DNA from: Pseudobdellovibrionaceae bacterium
GTDB lineage: Bacteria > Bdellovibrionota > Bdellovibrionia > Bdellovibrionales > Bdellovibrionaceae
Direction of reading: 5' to 3'
Assembly: GCA_044359815.1 (NCBI GenBank)
Contig: JBIKLL010000049.1
Coordinates: forward strand, 1-20,383
Length of the DNA stretch: 20,383 nt
The position numbers and the translations under genes were made by a program. Within the stretch, counting starts at the first letter, position 1; each line of letters begins with the position of its first letter. The notes under the pieces are model-generated. The model saw only the letters and a program-made list of their open reading frames with translations, did no database searches and had not been told where the DNA came from. Of the stretch, positions 17,301-20,383 are shown piece by piece.

Positions 17301-18394
17301 AGATCGCTTCCTTTCATCCATTTGCTGGGGTCATAGGGTTCAGAAAAATGTCTGAGTTCAAAATACAGACCGCTTTTTTTATCAATGGGATCAAATCCAG
17401 CCTTGGCGATGGTTTCGCCGGCCTTAACCACACCTTCTTGATTAACGGCTACCGAATCCAGATTGGCATAGACAGAATAAAAATGATCTCCGTGATCGAT
17501 GATAATGGTTCTGCCAAATCCGTTGATATCGCCCTCAAAAGCAATGCGGCCTTCAAAAATTGATTTAACCTCGGCAGAAGTTTTGCCCTCGATAAAAACA
17601 CCATGATTTCTGGTTGCGACGCCGTATTCTTTGTCCTCGAGCAATCCAAATTTTTTGACCACAGAGCCTGATATGGGCCAAATTAATTTGCCTTTAAAAT
17701 CAAAAAGCGTTGGTTTAAACAGCAGATCCAGTGCCCCGGAATCGTTTTCGTATTTGCGTTTGAACTCGCGCAGCTTTGCCAGATTAAAGTTTTTAGAATT
17801 TTTAATGGCTGCTAGGAATTTCATGCGGTATCGGTTTTCTGCTTCCAGATTTTCTTCTTTGATTTTAATGCTCTTTTCAAGAGATTTTAGTTTTTCGATA
17901 CGAGCATTAAGCCGTTTCTGTTTAGTCTCAAGCTCAGCCACGCTGGAGGAATATTCTTTGATCAGATTAAAATCCCGACTGGAAATTAATCCCAGGATTT
18001 TCAGATTACGTTCCAAATCGCTGGAGCTTTGACTGGATAACAGAAATCGGGCTAATCCCTGTCCACCGAATTTATAAATAGCTGACAGTCTGGATCGCAG
18101 CAGGTTTTTTTGGTCTTTGACCTTTTGGGTGACATCGTCGATTTTGCTCTGCAGATCGCGATTGACGCTTTCTACGCTCATGCGCTCTTGTTCCAGATTT
18201 GAGCTTTCTTGAACCAGTTGTTTCATGCGTTTGTTGGCAAAATACAATTCAGACAAAAGCTTTCGCTGTCTGATTTCACTAGCTGACAGCTGAGATTTGG
18301 CCTGGGAAATATCCTGAATGCTTTGCTCAGAAATCGGCACCGAATCCTGAGAGTGGGTCATTAAGCTGATCATCAATGTTGCAATAAACCCCAT
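17297..18394 (-). CDS. envC: Murein hydrolase activator EnvC (coiled coil + catalytically degenerate LytM/M23 domain)
   Basis: Long coiled coil followed by an M23 fold (KGKLIWPISG...GFGRTIIIDHG...LYFELR). Zn ligands are missing: NHGVFI lacks the HxxxD Asp and YANL lacks HxH. Directly downstream of ftsEX. Confidence 0.88.
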   Translation of the reverse strand: MGFIATLMISLMTHSQDSVPISEQSIQDISQAKSQLSASEIRQRKLLSELYFANKRMKQLVQESSNLEQERMSVESVNRDLQSKIDDVTQKVKDQKNLLRSRLSAIYKFGGQGLARFLLSSQSSSDLERNLKILGLISSRDFNLIKEYSSSVAELETKQKRLNARIEKLKSLEKSIKIKEENLEAENRYRMKFLAAIKNSKNFNLAKLREFKRKYENDSGALDLLFKPTLFDFKGKLIWPISGSVVKKFGLLEDKEYGVATRNHGVFIEGKTSAEVKSIFEGRIAFEGDINGFGRTIIIDHGDHFYSVYANLDSVAVNQEGVVKAGETIAKAGFDPIDKKSGLYFELRHFSEPYDPSKWMKGSDL

Positions 18395-18409
18395 GGGCTT
18401 AATAATCCT

Positions 18410-19348
18410 TTATTTACTGGCTCTGGCCGCTGCTGCCCAACCGCTGTTAATGCTTTTCACACTTATATATGATGCCAAAACTCCTAAACCAGATGACAGA
18501 ATCAACAACAAAATTATTTGCAGCACTGACAGATAATTTATCTGATCGTAAATCCTGAAAAACGTCAGATGACTGGCCAATGATTGCTTAAGCGATAAAA
18601 ACAGCACGCCACAAAATCCCACACCGATGGCCGCAGAAAATAATCCAGTCACTGCACCTTCGATCAAATATGGAATCCGAATAAAACTTGAGGTCGCACC
18701 GATCAGCTCCAAAACTTCGATTTCGGCTCTACGCTGGTGGACTGATCGCTGAATAAAATTAGACATCACGAACATTGTTAAAACCAAAACCAAAACTATA
18801 AATGTAAATCCCGTTAGATTAGCTGTTTGCAAAAACTGACTGTAAGATTGGATCCAGTCCTGTCCATAGGAAACGTCTTCAACGCCTTCGATACCAGTCA
18901 GTTTAGTTTTAAGATTCTTGAAAACTGATATTTGATCCTTACCCATCAGTGTTTCGTTCAGTGAAACCTGATAGCTTTCAGGGATAAATTTCACCAAATC
19001 GGGATCTTTTAACAAATCTGGTGCATAGCTGGACATTTGTTCTTGAAATTGATTAAGGGCTTTTTCTTTGGTCAGCCAATCAATGCGTTTAATGTTTTCG
19101 TCGCGATTTAAAATATTGTAAATCTGATTTCTGTTGGCTTGGGTTGCACCCTCGGTCAGATAAACGCTTAGCTGCAGGTCCTCGCCCCACAGGGTCAGCA
19201 GATGATTTAGATTTTTACCTAAAACCATTAGCGAACTGATAACAATAAAACTGGCGGCCAAAGTCAGTATGGTTGTCAAATGCAGACGCCAGTGTGATTT
19301 GATTGTTGAATTGAAGTGATTCAAAATATATTCGCTGCCGTTGCTCAT
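18410..19348 (-). CDS. ftsX: Cell division permease-like protein FtsX
   Basis: TM1, a periplasmic loop (LSVYL...TKEKALNQF...PESYQV...GVEDVSYGQDW), RRAEIEVLELIGAT..FIRIPYLIEG, and three further TMs. ATGA overlap with ftsE. Confidence 0.93.
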   Translation of the reverse strand: MSNGSEYILNHFNSTIKSHWRLHLTTILTLAASFIVISSLMVLGKNLNHLLTLWGEDLQLSVYLTEGATQANRNQIYNILNRDENIKRIDWLTKEKALNQFQEQMSSYAPDLLKDPDLVKFIPESYQVSLNETLMGKDQISVFKNLKTKLTGIEGVEDVSYGQDWIQSYSQFLQTANLTGFTFIVLVLVLTMFVMSNFIQRSVHQRRAEIEVLELIGATSSFIRIPYLIEGAVTGLFSAAIGVGFCGVLFLSLKQSLASHLTFFRIYDQINYLSVLQIILLLILSSGLGVLASYISVKSINSGWAAAARASK

Positions 19349-20112
19349 TTGATAGCCTTTGTTGCCAATGTCTGTTTTAGATTTTGAGCCTCAGACTTTG
19401 TTGATTCCACATTGCCTGAGATATTTTTTGTCTCAGAGATTCTAGGGTCCGTTGACCGGGCCTCGGTGATTTCGCCTTTGTTGATTCTGACGATGCGGTG
19501 TTTGCGTCTTTGCACCATAGCCAGGTCATGGCTGGCTACGAAAACTGTCGTGCCTTCTTTGCAGATTCTTTCAAACAAATTCATAATTTCTTCGGCCAAC
19601 TGTATGTCCAAATTTCCCGTGGGCTCGTCAGCAATTAGAACCGTTGGATCATGGATAATGGCTCTGGCAATGCTGGTGCGCTGCTGTTCACCACCGCTTA
19701 AAAATTCTGGCATGGAATCCATTTTTTCCAACAATCCGACTTCGCCCAATACGGCGTGGACTTTGTCTTTGATAAACGAAGGTCTTTCACCCTTTACGAT
19801 CAATGGCAGTGCGACGTTTTCGTAAACAGTTTTTTCTTTGATCAATTTATAATCCTGAAACACCACGCCGACTTCGCGCCTGAACAAGGGAACTTCGTTA
19901 AATGTCAGTTTACCCAAGTTATACCCAGCTATTTCCACACGGCCACTGGTGACTTTGTCAAAAGCTGACATCATCCGAAACAATGTGGTTTTGCCAGCAC
20001 CACTGGGACCGGTCAGAAAAACAAATTCGCCTTTTTGAACCTTCAGATTAACGTTTCTGAGGGCAGGGGACTCATCATTATAGGTTTTATAAACATGTGA
20101 TAAATTAATCAT
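19345..20112 (-). CDS. ftsE: Cell division ATP-binding protein FtsE
   Basis: GEFVFLTGPSGAGKTT, VGVVFQDYKL, LSGGEQQR, IADEPTGNLD and ASHD. Adjacent to ftsX. Has a 40-aa extra C-terminal tail. Confidence 0.95.
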   Translation of the reverse strand: MINLSHVYKTYNDESPALRNVNLKVQKGEFVFLTGPSGAGKTTLFRMMSAFDKVTSGRVEIAGYNLGKLTFNEVPLFRREVGVVFQDYKLIKEKTVYENVALPLIVKGERPSFIKDKVHAVLGEVGLLEKMDSMPEFLSGGEQQRTSIARAIIHDPTVLIADEPTGNLDIQLAEEIMNLFERICKEGTTVFVASHDLAMVQRRKHRIVRINKGEITEARSTDPRISETKNISGNVESTKSEAQNLKQTLATKAIK

Positions 20113-20219
20113 TCTTACATTTTAAAAATTAAGCTCCCAAAAGTCCCTCAGTTTGTGTGTGGATCATGACCAAAGATGAGTCTTGAATTCTGTATTCTGG
20201 ACGACCAGCTCCCAGCGGA

Positions 20220-20383
20220 TTCAGCAAAACAAATTTTTTGGAAAATTGAATGTATGATTTTGTTAAAATAGGTCCTCTGCGGAGCCTGGACGGCGGGGGC
20301 TTGGCACGAGCAGAGAAGCAGGAGCTGTGACCTATTTTAACAAAATCATACATTCAATTTTCCAAAAAATTTGTTTTGCTGAA
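20220..20383. repeat. Perfect inverted repeat (55-bp arms, at least) flanking a 54-bp GC-rich core; reaches the window end
   Basis: 20220-20274 (ttcagcaaaacaaattttttggaaaattgaatgtatgattttgttaaaataggtc) is the exact reverse complement of 20329-20383. Hand count: arms 13/55 GC, core (20275-20328) 37/54 GC. Confidence 0.95.

Noticed and set aside
17301..17321. Longer ctpA start (MDERKRS...)
   Set aside because: ATG 17300 has an SD and an ATGA overlap with the envC stop. The upstream ATG lies inside envC and lacks an SD.
17297..18394. Active M23 endopeptidase, or pseudogene because Zn ligands are lost
   Set aside because: Loss of the HxxxD/HxH ligands is the normal state of EnvC; the ORF is intact and in its usual context.
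20129..20353. 74-aa minus-strand ORF upstream of ftsE
   Set aside because: It runs through the inverted-repeat arms and core, has no SD or protein-like features, and is probably a by-product of the repeat.
20220..20383. CRISPR array or tRNA at the right end
   Set aside because: The repeats are inverted, only two, and 55 bp long. No cas genes, cloverleaf or T-loop motif were seen.

Overview
A gene-dense, roughly 40% GC bacterial chromosomal segment. The gene set and order suggest a Bdellovibrionota-like organism; this is an inference from recalled gene content, not a search result. From left to right on the minus strand: the 5' end of a secreted-protein gene cut by the window edge, a TPR + OmpR/PhoB-type winged-helix regulator, and lon, clpX and clpP. 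Next come a divergent pepA and a small 4-Cys secreted protein behind a sigma54-like promoter. A minus-strand cluster follows: two ArsA/Get3-like ATPases, a TPR-like lipoprotein, a GshA-type glutamate-cysteine ligase and a membrane-anchored hypothetical protein. After a divergent tig comes a minus-strand ftsE-ftsX-envC-ctpA(S41)-Spinster-type MFS operon. A perfect 55-bp inverted repeat around a GC-rich core runs to the last base. No rRNA, tRNA, CRISPR array, transposase or integrase was seen. Most of the window is housekeeping. The best leads are: (1) the complementary Get3-like ATPase pair coupled to a lipoprotein and GshA; (2) a lipoprotein signal peptide with no in-frame ATG/GTG/TTG; (3) the receiver-less TPR-wHTH regulator translationally coupled to a secreted protein; (4) the terminal inverted-repeat element, which may partly be an assembly effect.
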